Positions 8,626-19,951 are shown, counted from the stretch's first letter. The stretch is DNA of 39,150 nucleotides from Nemertoderma westbladi (GCA_032718475.1 JAUCBJ010001627.1:1-39150), one strand, 5' to 3'. Notes: a model not told the origin generated them from the sequence alone. Numbers and translations are program-made.

Positions 8626-11600
8626 TTAAACGCATTTGTAATTGTCACCAATGTCTGCAGCAGGATCCTGAGTAGGGAACTTATCACCTCTCGTAGAGTC
8701 ACCACTGTCATTGCCTTCGAGAAGGCACAGCCTCTGGATAGGGCGTTGGTAGTGGCCCTTTTTATAATTGTCACCAATGTCTGCAGCAGGATCTTGAGTA
8801 GGGAACTTATCACCTCTCGTAGAGTCACCGCTGTCATTGCTTTCAAGAAGGCAGAGCCTCTGGATAGGGCGTTGGTAATGGCCCTTTGCCGTTCGTATCG
8901 TCACAGTCCTCGCAAGTCCGTCTTTACTCGGATGTATTGTCACAACTCGCGCCACAGGCCAGTGGACGCGGTCTTTAAGGTCTTCTTTTACTAGTACCAT
9001 GTCGCCAACTTCGACATTCCTGTAGGTGTTGTTCCACTTCCTCCTGGTCCGGAGGGTTATGAGGTACTCCTGGGCCCAGATTCTCCACCAATGCACTGCC
9101 AACGCTTGGGCCTTCTTCCAGTTTATATGTCTCGCAATATCATTGGGATCCGGAAACATTGTCTCCGGGAGAACATGAGTTTTAGGTCTCCCCAGTAGGT
9201 GATTAGGAGTAAGGGGCTCCAGGTCTGTGGGGTCGTCGCGGATAGGGACAATGGGTCGGTTGTTCAGGGTAGCCGTGATCTCGCAGAATGTTGTGCGGAG
9301 GGTGTCATGGGTTACCCGGGTGTCTCCTAGAGCGATGCGCATGGATCGTTTCACTAGGTCGATCAGTTTCTCCCATACCCCGCTCGTATGGGGCGCTAAG
9401 GGGGTTTGGAAGTGCCACTGTATCTGGTGTTCCTTCCAGACTTGGGATGCGGTGTTATCGGTAAACCATCCCTCGATCGCCTCTCTAAGTTCTCTTTCTC
9501 CTCCCACAAAGTTTGTGCCATTATCGGAATACATGTGACGACATGTCCCATTGCTTGCCACGAACCGACGCAGAGCGTTGATGAATGCGTGTTGCGTAAG
9601 GTTCACCACAATGTCTAGGTAGATTGCCCTAGACCTAAGGCATGTAAATATGGCCCCCAGCATTTGATGTTGGATCGTCGTTCAATGACCGTAAACGGAC
9701 CGAAACAGTCCACTCCGGTGACGTAGAATGGTGGGGAATCGGGCTGTAGACGGGTGGCTGGTAAGTCGGCCATCTTTTGTGTGAGTGGTGGCGCTAGATA
9801 TCTTCTGCAGATAAAGCAACGTTTCAACACTTTCCGGATCAGTGGCTGGATGTGTGTGATCCAATATCTTTGTCTTATATTAGCTATAATCCAGTTTTGT
9901 CCTGCGTGATGGTTCTCCTCGTGACATTGTTGAATTAATAGCTTGGCTAGTGTTGAAGTTCCGGGCAGAAGCGCCGGGTATTTAACCTCATATTCGACCG
10001 GGGCGTTTGCCATCCGGGTATTCAGTCGGATCAGTCCGTCCTCTCCCATCATTGGTCTCAGTTGGTAGACTGGGCTATCCGGTTTCAAGGTCTTGCCCAC
10101 ACTGAGTTGTTCCCACTCATCGGGGAAACTTTCTCTCTGGACATATCCAACGATACACTTCTCTGCGATAATGAGTTCTTGTATACTCCGTTGAACTATC
10201 GGCTTGTTGTCTTTCCACCTTAGGAAGTTGTGAAGGGTTATAATGTGGTGGATGAGCCGTCTCATTGATGAGGTTCGCTCGATCAACAGATATAAAGACG
10301 CCGCTGGTTGAATGATCGTCGCAACGTTATAGTGCCTGCCCGAGTCCTTTGCAGGCTCAGTCAGACAACTATAAATTTCCACTGCGTTGCTTCTATGGAT
10401 TTTACGGATCTCTTTATCGTCCTCGGAGTATTTTCCGCTATCGAGTTCGGGGTCGAATCGGGTACTCCATGTTAATTGTGGCTGTTGTAGGAATTCCGGG
10501 CCTGTAAGCCAGAGTTTACTTTTACCGAGTTGTTTTGGGGTGGCGCCTCGGCTTGATAAGTCCGCTGGGTTTTCTTTCCCGTTCACATGGTGCCACTGTT
10601 CTCGGCCGGTACACTGTTTAATCTCTGTGGCTCGGTTCGCAACAAACGTAGTGTGACGCCGTGATGGAGAGTGGAGATAATAGAGAACTATACTCGAATC
10701 GACCCAGAAGTGTTGAGACTCGATGGGGATTCGTAGGTTCCGCATGACCATGCGATTCTGTCTTACTGCCCAAACTGCAGCCTGTAGCTCGAGTCTTGGA
10801 ATCGTTGCTACGAATTCCCCGGATACTGTCTTGGCTTTAGAAAATAAGAAGCTCGTATCGCCGTTTCCATCGTTGCTGAGTCTTCGTAAGAAGGTGACTA
10901 CGCCAATTCCGGTATTCGAAGCATCCGAGAAGGTATGGAGCTGGAAGATATCGGTGGGTAGTTTATCGAGGAAGAACGGTCGAGGTATCCGCATAAGATG
11001 TAGGTGTTCGAGCTGCTCCGTCCATCCTCTCCACCTGACGCTGAGGTGTAGGGGGAGTTCTTCGTCCCATCCCAGTCCTTCTATCCACATTTCCTTAATC
11101 AGGTTCATTCCGGCCAAGGTTACTGGAGATATAAAATTTAGTGGGTCGAAGATGGCGCTTTTTATCAACAAACATCCCCTTTTTGTCATAGGCTTGGGTA
11201 GGGGTTTATATTTGAAAATGAATTCGTCTGATTCTATGTCCCATTCAATCCCAAGTACACGGTGTTCCACATCCTCCGAATACATTTTGTTATTTTCCAG
11301 TCGGATGTCCTCCGGAAACTTTTCCATAAGTGTTTTGTCGTGGGATCTGAACTTCACGAGCGGAAAACCTCCTTTCTTTAGACATTCTACCATCCCCATT
11401 GCTAGCTGATATGCCTCGTCCACATTATCTGCGCCGGCGCATCCATCGTCCACGTAAAAGCATCGTCGGATGGTTTCTATGACGGTTGGAGGGAACTCGT
11501 TTTCGCACATAGTTGCCGTCCTCTTCAGCATGTCACTGCATGCTACCAGCGAGTCCTTAGCACCGAAGATCCTGACGACCATACGCATTATGTCTACGTC

Positions 11601-12524
11601 CTTTATCGTAAGTTGACTAATCTCCTGTTGAGTTAGCGTTTTATCCGTACATAGGATACGTAGACAGTCTGAGTCTCTTGGTAGCGTACGAACTTGATGA
11701 AACATGGCCTTGATGTCGCAGGTGAATGCTACCCGGTTTTCCCTGAACCTGATCAGTACGCCGATGAGTGTACTATATATGTTGGGTCCCGTGTAAAGCT
11801 GACTGTTTAGGGATTCGCCCTGGTACATAGCGGCGGCATCATTTACCACTCGGATTTTCCCATCCTTCCGGGCTTCTACCACATAGTGGGTTGGGAGGTA
11901 ATATGTTCTTTTACCACCTTGCAGTTCATTCCGTGGTACCATTTCTGCTAATCCATCGTCGAGATATCCTTGGATTACGGTATTATATTTCTCCTTTATC
12001 TCGGGTTGGTCATTCAGCCGGCGTAGAATCCCCTTAAGTCGCCTAAGTGCCATGCTGGCGTTGTTTGCCATTGGTTTGTTTGGGTCCTTCCATAACATAG
12101 GTGAACACCAGTGTCCGTCTTTGAACGTGGCCTGGTTGAGAACGTCCATACAATATTGATCCTCTTCGGACGGGTTTTCGTCCTTTTCAGCGAACTCCTG
12201 GGTCTCTAGATTAAAGTATTTTGTCATCTCTTGTTGGGTTTTCTCGTTCTCCAGAAACAAATCCTCGTCAAGGTCCGTAGCTGAGCAATAACCCACGGAG
12301 GTTGCATTCTCTTTAATCTGACATTTGGGATATGTGTCAGTAGTTTCTTTCTTAATGCCGCAGAGTGTCCATCCCATTATTGTTCGTTCAGCGTAAAATC
12401 CATCATCCTGTTTTATAGATCGGGCGATATCTCCGGTGGGGATGTGTAGTTCCGGTGTATCAAGTCCGATCAGTAGAGTGATGCGGTTTACGTCCAACTG
12501 CGGACACCTCAGATCTACATCGTC
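8626..12524 (-). CDS. pol: Pol: reverse transcriptase, RNase H, integrase (one frameshift near 9654-9658)
   Basis: RT DIKAMFHQV, FG, FYVDD; RNase H TFSDAS, RLELQAA, WVDS, NPADLSSRG; IN HHCC (HEENHH...CFIC), GVDCFGP, SDNGTNF, GVWE. A G5 run one base short splits KCWG/AIFTCL and may be a sequencing error. Confidence 0.96.
8635..8886 (-). repeat. 126-bp in-frame tandem duplication at the integrase C-terminus
   Basis: Copies 8635-8760 and 8761-8886 encode KGHYQRPIQRLCLLE(S/G)NDSGDSTRGDKFPTQDPAADIGDNYK twice. Confidence 0.97.
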
Positions 12525-13492
12525 TCAGTCCAATTGTATGAGGGGGGCGTACTCGGCCGATTGTCGGAACCGCACTCGGAGGTCTGTATGTACCAAGGCG
12601 TTCTTGATGTTTAACTTAACCGTTTCGTAGCCCTTCATCACTCCTTCCATCTGGAGTTGCACCTCCCCGGACTCTACCTCTCTGTTATCGGTGATGGTTT
12701 GTATGGGCCGTTTACAAGGTTCATATTCTAGGCCGAGTTGCTCGAGGAAATCCCGGTCGATGATGGTTCCGTCAGACCCGTTATCAAGGAACGCGAGCGT
12801 CGTCAGGGATTTGCCAACTCCTTGAATCCTTACTGGGATTACCTTTGCGAAGACCATGTAGCGGCGATTTATAAGATTAATCGTGGCTGAAATATTTGTT
12901 ACTTGTGGTGTATCGGTGGAGATTTTAAACGGGTTGGTTTCTCTCCGTTGGGTTGTCCGGGTTCCTTTGAAAACGTGGTTCGTTTCTCCCCTTCGCTTGG
13001 CTTCGATCCGAAAGGGGAGGGTAGTGAAATCGAAGTTCGCGGGGATGTGGAGGAGCGTGTGGTGACGTTGGTCGTTACAGACGGCACAGCACGATCTTTG
13101 GTCGCAATCCCGAACATAGTGACCTGTTCCAAGACACCGGAAGCATCCTCGGTGTTTCATTATCGCCTCGAAGCGTGGGACAAGTTCGGCGAACTGAAAC
13201 TTCCTGCAGAATTCCACTTTATGTTTCTCTCCACAGAAGAGACAGAGGAGGGAGTTTGTGATGCCTTCCCTCTCGGGTGCCCAATTCGCAAGGTAACAAC
13301 ACGCCCATTCCTCGGCGGATGTCGGTTCCTCGTAGTCTTCGTCGTCGGAATCCTCGGCCATGGTGATGGCCATCGTACTCACCGGTGGGGGGCGGAATCT
13401 CGGTTTCGGAGGGGGTATCTTACTCCTGGAGTTGCTCTCTATTAAATCCAACTTGGCGAGACTCTGTTTTGAAAACATCGAGTCATTCATGG
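12525..13492 (-). CDS. gag: Gag C-terminal triple zinc knuckle and aspartic protease; in-frame TGA at 12525-12527
   Basis: CLFCGEKHKVEFC, CFRCLGTGHYVRDC, CAVCNDQRHHTLLH (BEL signature); protease AFLDNGSDGT; same frame as the RT ORF. Confidence 0.95.
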
Positions 13493-14670
13493 TGTAAAAG
13501 CTTTTGCGGATATACTCAGTCCCCCTCGCCCGCAAGGTACCGTTATAGGTGTTTTAACGGACATAAAAGTCATTCTTCGATATGTGTGCTTTGGTGGACA
13601 TGGTAAGGCAAAAAACCCGCAATGCGTAAAATACCCTGGCACAGCTTAGCCTTGATGATTCAGATTACGACATCTAACAGCTGGTTGCTGACATGGAAAC
13701 GGCCATTGGACACATGGTTTTTTGTTTAGCTTAACAGCCAATCAGAGCGATTTTTTCTGTCGATGTGGAGATATTTGGCCGATCGTGCTAGGAGTGTTCA
13801 GTCTTACTGTTTTTCTTGATACTATTGTGTTGTTTCTATCTAGGCCAGGAACACCAGCTCACCGGCTCTAGAGTCAATTCGTTTCAGACTTTGGAAGAAA
13901 CATTAGTAGGCTTAAATTATAGAGCGTATAACTGTTATCTCAGTTCAGTCTTACATTATCGGTTTAACATACATTATTATACTGCTATTTACTGTTGTCA
14001 TTGTTGTATCAGTTGGTTGAATATTATTTGGAGAACATCTATAAAGAACCCAAATTTCCCAATTTTCTTGATACACTACAGGTTAGAGAGACGGGTTACA
14101 TATAGCGATTGCGACTTATATTATTGTGGTTTGTAGTGAATTTAATGCTATTTGGTAAGCACTACATGAGTCAGTTGCTGTTCTCTTTATATATGATAAA
14201 ATTCATTGACGGTCGGCAAATTAGTGAGCAGTATTGTGTGTTACCGGTAGTGTGCATGATTGTGACTGATAACTAAGCATTTCCTAAAGAATGCGCCTCA
14301 TACGTGAATCATAAGCCTTACCGACTTACCGTTGTGTTTAGTACAAGTCATATCTCTGTTTACCTAGATAGAGCGCCACGTCCTAAAGGAACTGTTAATA
14401 TTTCCCGAAAGTGAATAATATTAGTCAGAAATTATTATTAACGATCAATCGAATAATACAGTAAGCTTACACTGCAATAATAATCTAAGCCCTCAGAATC
14501 CAGTCTCCCGGGTATATCCAGCGGGTGAATGGACGCGCACTAGGCTGGCTTCTGCTAATGTTGTGTTTATTGGTATTAAATATTTGTCAATTTCTAAAGT
14601 CTATTTATAAACCAAAAGACATATAAATTTTGGCAGGTTAAACTGCTAAAGGTCTTCAAAAGCGCGTACA
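13493..14670 (+). mobile_element. Solo LTR (1178 bp) of an unrelated family inserted in gag
   Basis: TGTA...TACA termini; 5-bp TSD CATGG at 13488-13492 and 14671-14675; removal restores DDISEAM-NDSMFS in frame; non-coding. Strand is inferred from TCAGT Inr-like motifs and ATTAAA at 14575-14580. Confidence 0.9.
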
Positions 14671-16488
14671 CATGGCTTCGGAGATATCATCCAGGAATGC
14701 CGACATTTCAAGGAAGCTAGGATCTCGATCTGGATGTCTGCGCCGGAGATCTACGCATTTATAAGCCCACTTACTTTGTAGCCATCCGGGGAACTTCCGG
14801 GCGATCTGTCGGAGGTTTAGAATGTTGTTCAACTGGTCCTCCTTATTTAAGGGTTTCAGAGTATAGTAGGCATCCTTCATAGAGTCGGAGAATTCCTGGA
14901 TGTTCTGTGGGTCCCCTAGTGATCCCGCGTCCTGTATCAGTCTCTCTAGAGTTTTATTAATTATAGTTCCGGTATTTCCGTATCTTTTATCTAGAGTTTT
15001 CCATGCGTCATAGTATGCCTCATGAGAACCTCCCTCAAAACATGCAATAATTCTGCGTGGTTTGTCACCCAGGTATTGCGACAAATATACCAATTTCTGT
15101 GCGTCGGCTATGCCCGTTGATCCAATCTGCGCAAAGAACCGTTTCTTGAATCTGAGGTAATCGACGGGATCTCCTTCGAAGGTGCGGATCTCCATCTTAG
15201 GCATGGCAAGGCGGTTTTCCAACGCCTGGATAATACTGACGTCGTCTGAACTGGAGTGACTCGGAGGGTTATAGTTATTGGCACTCACTCCCATACTCGA
15301 TGGATCAATGATAGGTGGAGTTTTAATGATGACGCGACTACGGATTTGTGGTGTGGATGTAAATGGGTTGTTGGATCGGGGAGTGGTGTCCCGTTCCGAG
15401 TCCCTTTCAGGCTCGTACTTGGGTACACTCGTTGTCGTGGGGTTGGATGGGAAACACGGTTCCTCATTTTTCAGCGTAACCGGTGGAGGATGGAACACCG
15501 GTGCTTGTGCCGATAACGTAGACTGTATGGTAGGCGGGATCTCGGGTTTCGGAAGTTTCGCCGCTGTTGGTGTAAATGACTTCTCTAATTCCGGTACCAG
15601 GATTGGTTCATATTCATGATCTATATCCCTTTCCCAGTCCTCATAGAGTTGAATATCTCATTCTATAAGTGCGGCTTCGTACTCCGCGAGTTTCGCGATA
15701 TCCGCATTCTTTTTGTGTATGAGAATCGCTTGGGCCTCGGCGTGTTGTTTACGCATTTCTGCTTCCCATTTACGTTGTTCGATCTCTCGTTCGGCCTCTC
15801 GTCCACGTTGTGCGGCCTGCCGTTCGGCCTCTTGTTCGGCCTCTCGTTTTTGCATTTCGGCGGCTAATACATCTTGCTCGGTTTGCAGTTGAATATACTC
15901 ATCTTCCATCTGAGCTTTGAGGGCTAATGCCTTCCGTTCTCGTAGCTGGTCTCGGAGTGGTTGACCCCCTTGAGAGCTGTGTGCTGAACCGGACACCGCG
16001 CTCCTAGCGCTGGAGTGCTGATTTCTAGAGGACCCCATTCTCTTTCGATATACTGCTGTCCTGGTGCTGGAGGTTCGCACTGATTCTGCGTCTGTTCTTT
16101 CAGCTCTCTTGTAGTACTGTTCTTCGTAGCCCCTCACGAGGCTAAGGGTCCTCCGGTGTTGTTTGCGGAATTCGTCTAGGCGTGCAACGTGTTCTTCCAA
16201 TTTGGGATAATTTACCTGGTCGGTGGCGGGGATGAGTTCTTGGTACGCCTGTATCATTCTCTCATATCTTTGTAAGATACTTCGGATACTCTGAAGCTGA
16301 GTTTGTATCTCGTTGAGGGGGGTTTCGACTCCCTTGAGTTGTTTCTCTATACGTTGGTACGCTCGAGTGACTCCGCCTTTGAGAGCACCTAGTCGACGAG
16401 CCATGTTCTTGATGTTCGGTACCTCGTCGGTTTCCGAGTCTGTGTGGTGATCGATCTCGTCGGTATCGGATACGTTATTTGTCGTCAT
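14671..16488 (-). CDS. gag: Gag N-terminal coiled coil and DUF1759-like capsid region; in-frame TGA at 15658-15660
   Basis: ORFs 15658-16488 and 14656-15498 share a frame separated by one TGA; PKMEIRTFEGDPVDYLRF, KLVYLSQYL, AWKTLDKRYG. Confidence 0.93.
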
Positions 16489-16676
16489 TGTAGCGCCTCG
16501 TCGATAGCTAGATATGCGATGTCATAAAACAGTTCCTCGTAGGTATTGTACTCAGCTTGGACCACCCGAACGGTAATCCTGAATCGTCCGACGTTCGTTC
16601 CTTGTACTTCAACCTCGACGTGCCAGATTCCTGGCTCAACTTGGATTATATTAATGGGTGTGATCGATACTTCCAT
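16485..16676 (-). CDS. 63-aa upstream ORF overlapping the gag start (ATGA)
   Basis: Its TGA (16487-16485) overlaps the gag ATG (16488-16486); protein-like amphipathic pattern; no recognised homology. Confidence 0.45.
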   Translation of the reverse strand: MEVSITPINIIQVEPGIWHVEVEVQGTNVGRFRITVRVVQAEYNTYEELFYDIAYLAIDEALQ

Positions 16677-16909
16677 TCCCTGTTAACAACTCTCCAAATA
16701 TGTGATCTGCCGACTACGAGTTGGTTAGATCGAGTTTGTTGATTAATTAAACCACGACTTAGTCTTAACTCAAATACCAGAGTTTCCTCGTAGTGGGTGC
16801 TGGCAAGCACGTAGAGAGTTTTGAAGAGTATTGTAGGATTCTCAACTTCCACCAGTTGAAGTTGGCCGCGTTTTATTCTCAATTTTGACACCCTGTCAAA
16901 ATTGACTGT

Positions 16910-16922
16910 AATTATTCTCAAT
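16910..16922 (-). promoter_or_regulatory. Non-tRNA primer-binding site candidate (self-priming)
   Basis: 2 nt inside the 5' LTR edge; minus strand ATTGAGAATAATT, no TGG; exact reverse complement of LTR 17118-17130. Confidence 0.7.
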
Positions 16923-16924
16923 TT

Positions 16925-18418
16925 TGTTGCCGTTATCCCAACACCAGGGGGGAAAAACGCCGATGCTGGAGACGTGACTTTACAGACCACCGAGCCCCGG
17001 CCAGTCACCGGATATTGATTGTGGAGAAGGAATGATTTCTGAGATGCAGGTTGCGGTTGAGAAAAAGCTGCATTAGTTGGATATACTCTTTAATGTAACT
17101 GAACTCTGTTGAACCTGATTGAGAATAATTTTGGGCTTCCCCAAATCAATATACACCAAATATTCACAATAATTATACACGACAATATAAATCCCTACAG
17201 TATATTATTTAATTACCCACTGTTCGCTCAGATTTTAGCCTAACTAATGTTCCCCAGATTTTCCCTCGGTCCTAGTCTTGATGCCGTAGTGTCGGTGTCG
17301 GTCGACCCTGTCGCGTGTCCGTTCCACCCCTCCCGAACCCCGAAGGGAACGATCATCGAGAACCAGCACGGCTTGGCTAAGGGTCGGTCCAGTCGGTAGA
17401 CTCTGTCGCGTATCCGTACCACCCCTCTCGAACCCCGAAGGGATCGGTCATCGAGAACCAGTACGGCTTGGCTAGGAGTCTGTCGTGTCGGTGGACCCGT
17501 TCGCGTGTCCGTCCCACCCCTCACGAACCCCGAAGGGTTCGATCATCGAGAACCAGTACGGCTTGGCTAGGGGTCCGTCGGTTCATCGCAGAAACCCAAC
17601 CACCTAGGCTTTCCGAGTCCCTTTCAGGCTCGTAGTCGCTTCGGCAGCCGAGAAACTGCTCCGAACAGTCGGTAGGCCAGTAGAGTCTAGTCCTTTGTCT
17701 TTCGACCCCGTCGCGTGTCCGTCCCACCCCTCACGAACCCCGAAGGGAATGATCATCGAGAACCAGTACGGCTTGGCTAAGGGGTCTGTCGTCGGTTCCC
17801 GTCGCAAATCCCTGGTGCAAGCAGCTGGCGTTCCGATGTCCTTTTCAGGCTCGTAGTAACTGCTGTTGACCAGAGACCGCTAAGGGCAGTCCTCGTCAAA
17901 CCCTTCCTCTGTAAGTCGGTAGACCCTTTCGCGTGTCCGTCCCACCCCTCACGAACCCCGAAGGGAACGATCATCGAGAACCAGTACGGCTTGGCTAGGG
18001 GTCTGTCGTGTCGTTTCCCGTCGCAAGTCCCTGACACAAGCAGCTGGCGTTCCGATGTCCTTTTCAGGCTCGTAATAACTGCTGTTGGCCAGGGACCGCT
18101 AAGGGCAGTCCTTGTCCTTTAGGCCTGGCGCGTTACCAAATCCACCTCTACAGGCAGCAGGAAGTTGGCCAGGGCCTAATAGTAATCAGGCTAACCTGAA
18201 TACTGCTTGAATTTTCCATCCCCCCCTGGCCCTTATAAACATGAAATTAGTCCCGTACCCTGTAAGTCGCCCCAAAGTTCGCCCATAAATCGCCCCCAGT
18301 TTATAGAATGTGCCCAAAACCCATGGTCCCGCACCCAGTAGTAATATCGGAATAATCATTTTAAATTAATACAAAAAATATTCAACTCGCGTTATGGAAA
18401 GTTGAAATACCGCGAACA
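16925..18418 (-). repeat. 5' LTR (1494 bp)
   Basis: Direct repeat of 3121-4618; minus-strand TATA-like GTATATT near 17148-17154 and ATTAAA at 17094-17089 suggest long U3, short R, ~150-nt U5. Confidence 0.98.
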
Positions 18419-18672
18419 GAGAGGATTATTGGACTGGGCACCCCGAATGAATAAATGTTAAAATGTTAATGTTAGATCTTCTGGACATGCAGGTAGTCTA
18501 CATGGCTATGACGAAACCTGATGGAAGAGGATTGATGGATAACACGGGACAATATGGGGCCGTGGCGATGGGTCAGTTGATGGGACTCACGTGCCACAAG
18601 CCGATGGAGTGGAACAAGTTCCAAGAGGAATACGGTGAGGGACTTGCGGATTCACTCAAGTGGGGGGCGTGA
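18419..18672 (+). pseudogene. Continuation of the outer element's exonuclease ORF
   Basis: LLDMQVVY...GQYGAVAMGQLMGLTCHKPMEWNKFQEEYG aligns with inner ORF3 CVDTQTLL...TKSGIGYLAVLNGGIDFKPQKFRDYNKIYG; stop and aaatgtta micro-duplication frameshift at 18452-18475. Confidence 0.7.
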
Positions 18673-18710
18673 CGGGGAGAGACAAGTCATATCACCTCTG
18701 AAAGGGGGGG

Positions 18711-19951
18711 TTAAGACACATCGTGTAGACGAATATATAATATACGTACTATAGTCAAGTACAACATTTTTCCAATTAGCTACTGGGACTGGGGACTAAT
18801 TGACTAGAACAGGAGGACGAGACATTAGACGGATCCCATTTCTCAAGTGTGGCCACACTAATGAGAATGTGGGAGCCCAACAGGAGCGTACGGAGAGTGA
18901 GATCAAAGGGGGTTGAGTATTGGGGAAGTATGGAAGGGGAGGTACGAGAGTTAAAGGGGGGGAAACTAAAGAGTGTGAGGCCTGAGTGTAGGGAGCGAGC
19001 GGAGAGGAGGATGAGTCCTAAGGGACTAGTGAGGGAGGAAGGGACAGCAAAGTCCGATAGGTACAATTGTGTGAGGAGTGACGGCGATCATCTAAAACAG
19101 AGACGCCAGATGCCTTGGTACAGCATAGCTCGCATATGTACCAAGGATGGGTAGTGAAAACAGACCCATGGGGGCTGGCCTGGAAAGCCGACCCCAAGAA
19201 AAAAAAATTCCACCCCACATCCAATAATATTAGATTGGATTCAAGCGGAATTGAAGCGCACTTAAGGTTGATGCTATCTTCTTACTGGGAAGATAGCATG
19301 GGGGGGGGGGGGGTTGTAAGCGGATTCAATTCCCTGCACTACCCACCCAAAATGGGACTAGTGGCATTTTACCAATATAGTTGGCGAGGTGACATTACCA
19401 ATAATAATGTCACCTCACAACCAACTAAGGCGATACATGCCGCAAGCCACAGGGAGAGTTGAGAGGTCAAACCATCTCAGAGGGACAAACAGGCTAGCAA
19501 GGCTAGCACATGGGGATAGTGGCAACAGGGAGTGGCGAGGTGACAATTAATCAGGTTAAGCCAATGGTGGGTGGGAGAGCATATTGGGAGTGATTAGAGC
19601 GCATCTATTGGACACTCAGGCCACTCAGTAGTGTAGAGCTGATTTGTATGTGTTAATAATAATATAACCGTTGCAGTTATTGATTCTGATTCAGTTGGTT
19701 TTCCTATACAGTTGTGAGACCGGAACAGTTTTTAACCATCGTCGTCGTCACTACCGTGCTATTATATTCTGACTGTGCTATTATTACGTTCTGTGATTAT
19801 AAAGACTGACAGTAAAAACTCAATTATTTGAACGGCCTTTGGCCTATTACATATCCAGACTACAGCTTTAGCAGCCTACGGACGCTGCGACGCATATAAC
19901 TCACACACCGGTCGGGATTCATTACTGCCAACTCTGTTGGATCACGTTTCA
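18711..19951 (+). repeat. Putative degenerate 3' LTR of the outer element
   Basis: Follows purine tract GAAAGGGGGGG and ends TTTCA where a different repeat starts; no TG at the left edge and no partner LTR in the window. Confidence 0.35.

Larger units (their letters stand above)
3121..18418 (-). mobile_element. Full-length BEL/Pao LTR retrotransposon with extra exonuclease ORF (inner element)
   Basis: Two ~1.5-kb direct LTRs with TGTT...AACA termini; 5-bp TSD GAGAG at 3116-3120 and 18419-18423; gag-PR-RT-RH-IN order with BEL-type motifs; PPT adjacent to the 3' LTR. Confidence 0.98.
1..19951 (+). mobile_element. Outer, internally deleted BEL/Pao retrotransposon (5' end outside window), split by the inner element
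   Basis: Order gag remnant, tandem repeats, exonuclease-like ORF interrupted at the GAGAG TSD and resuming at 18419, purine tract 18700-18710, LTR-like segment ending TTTCA at 19951. Right boundary is inferred. Confidence 0.6.

Noticed and set aside
9654-9658. Programmed frameshift in integrase
   Set aside because: One base missing from a G homopolymer inside a conserved motif; mutation or sequencing error is simpler.
10387-11409. Antisense ORFs of 89 and 228 aa over pol
   Set aside because: Shadow frames of the coding strand with no motifs.
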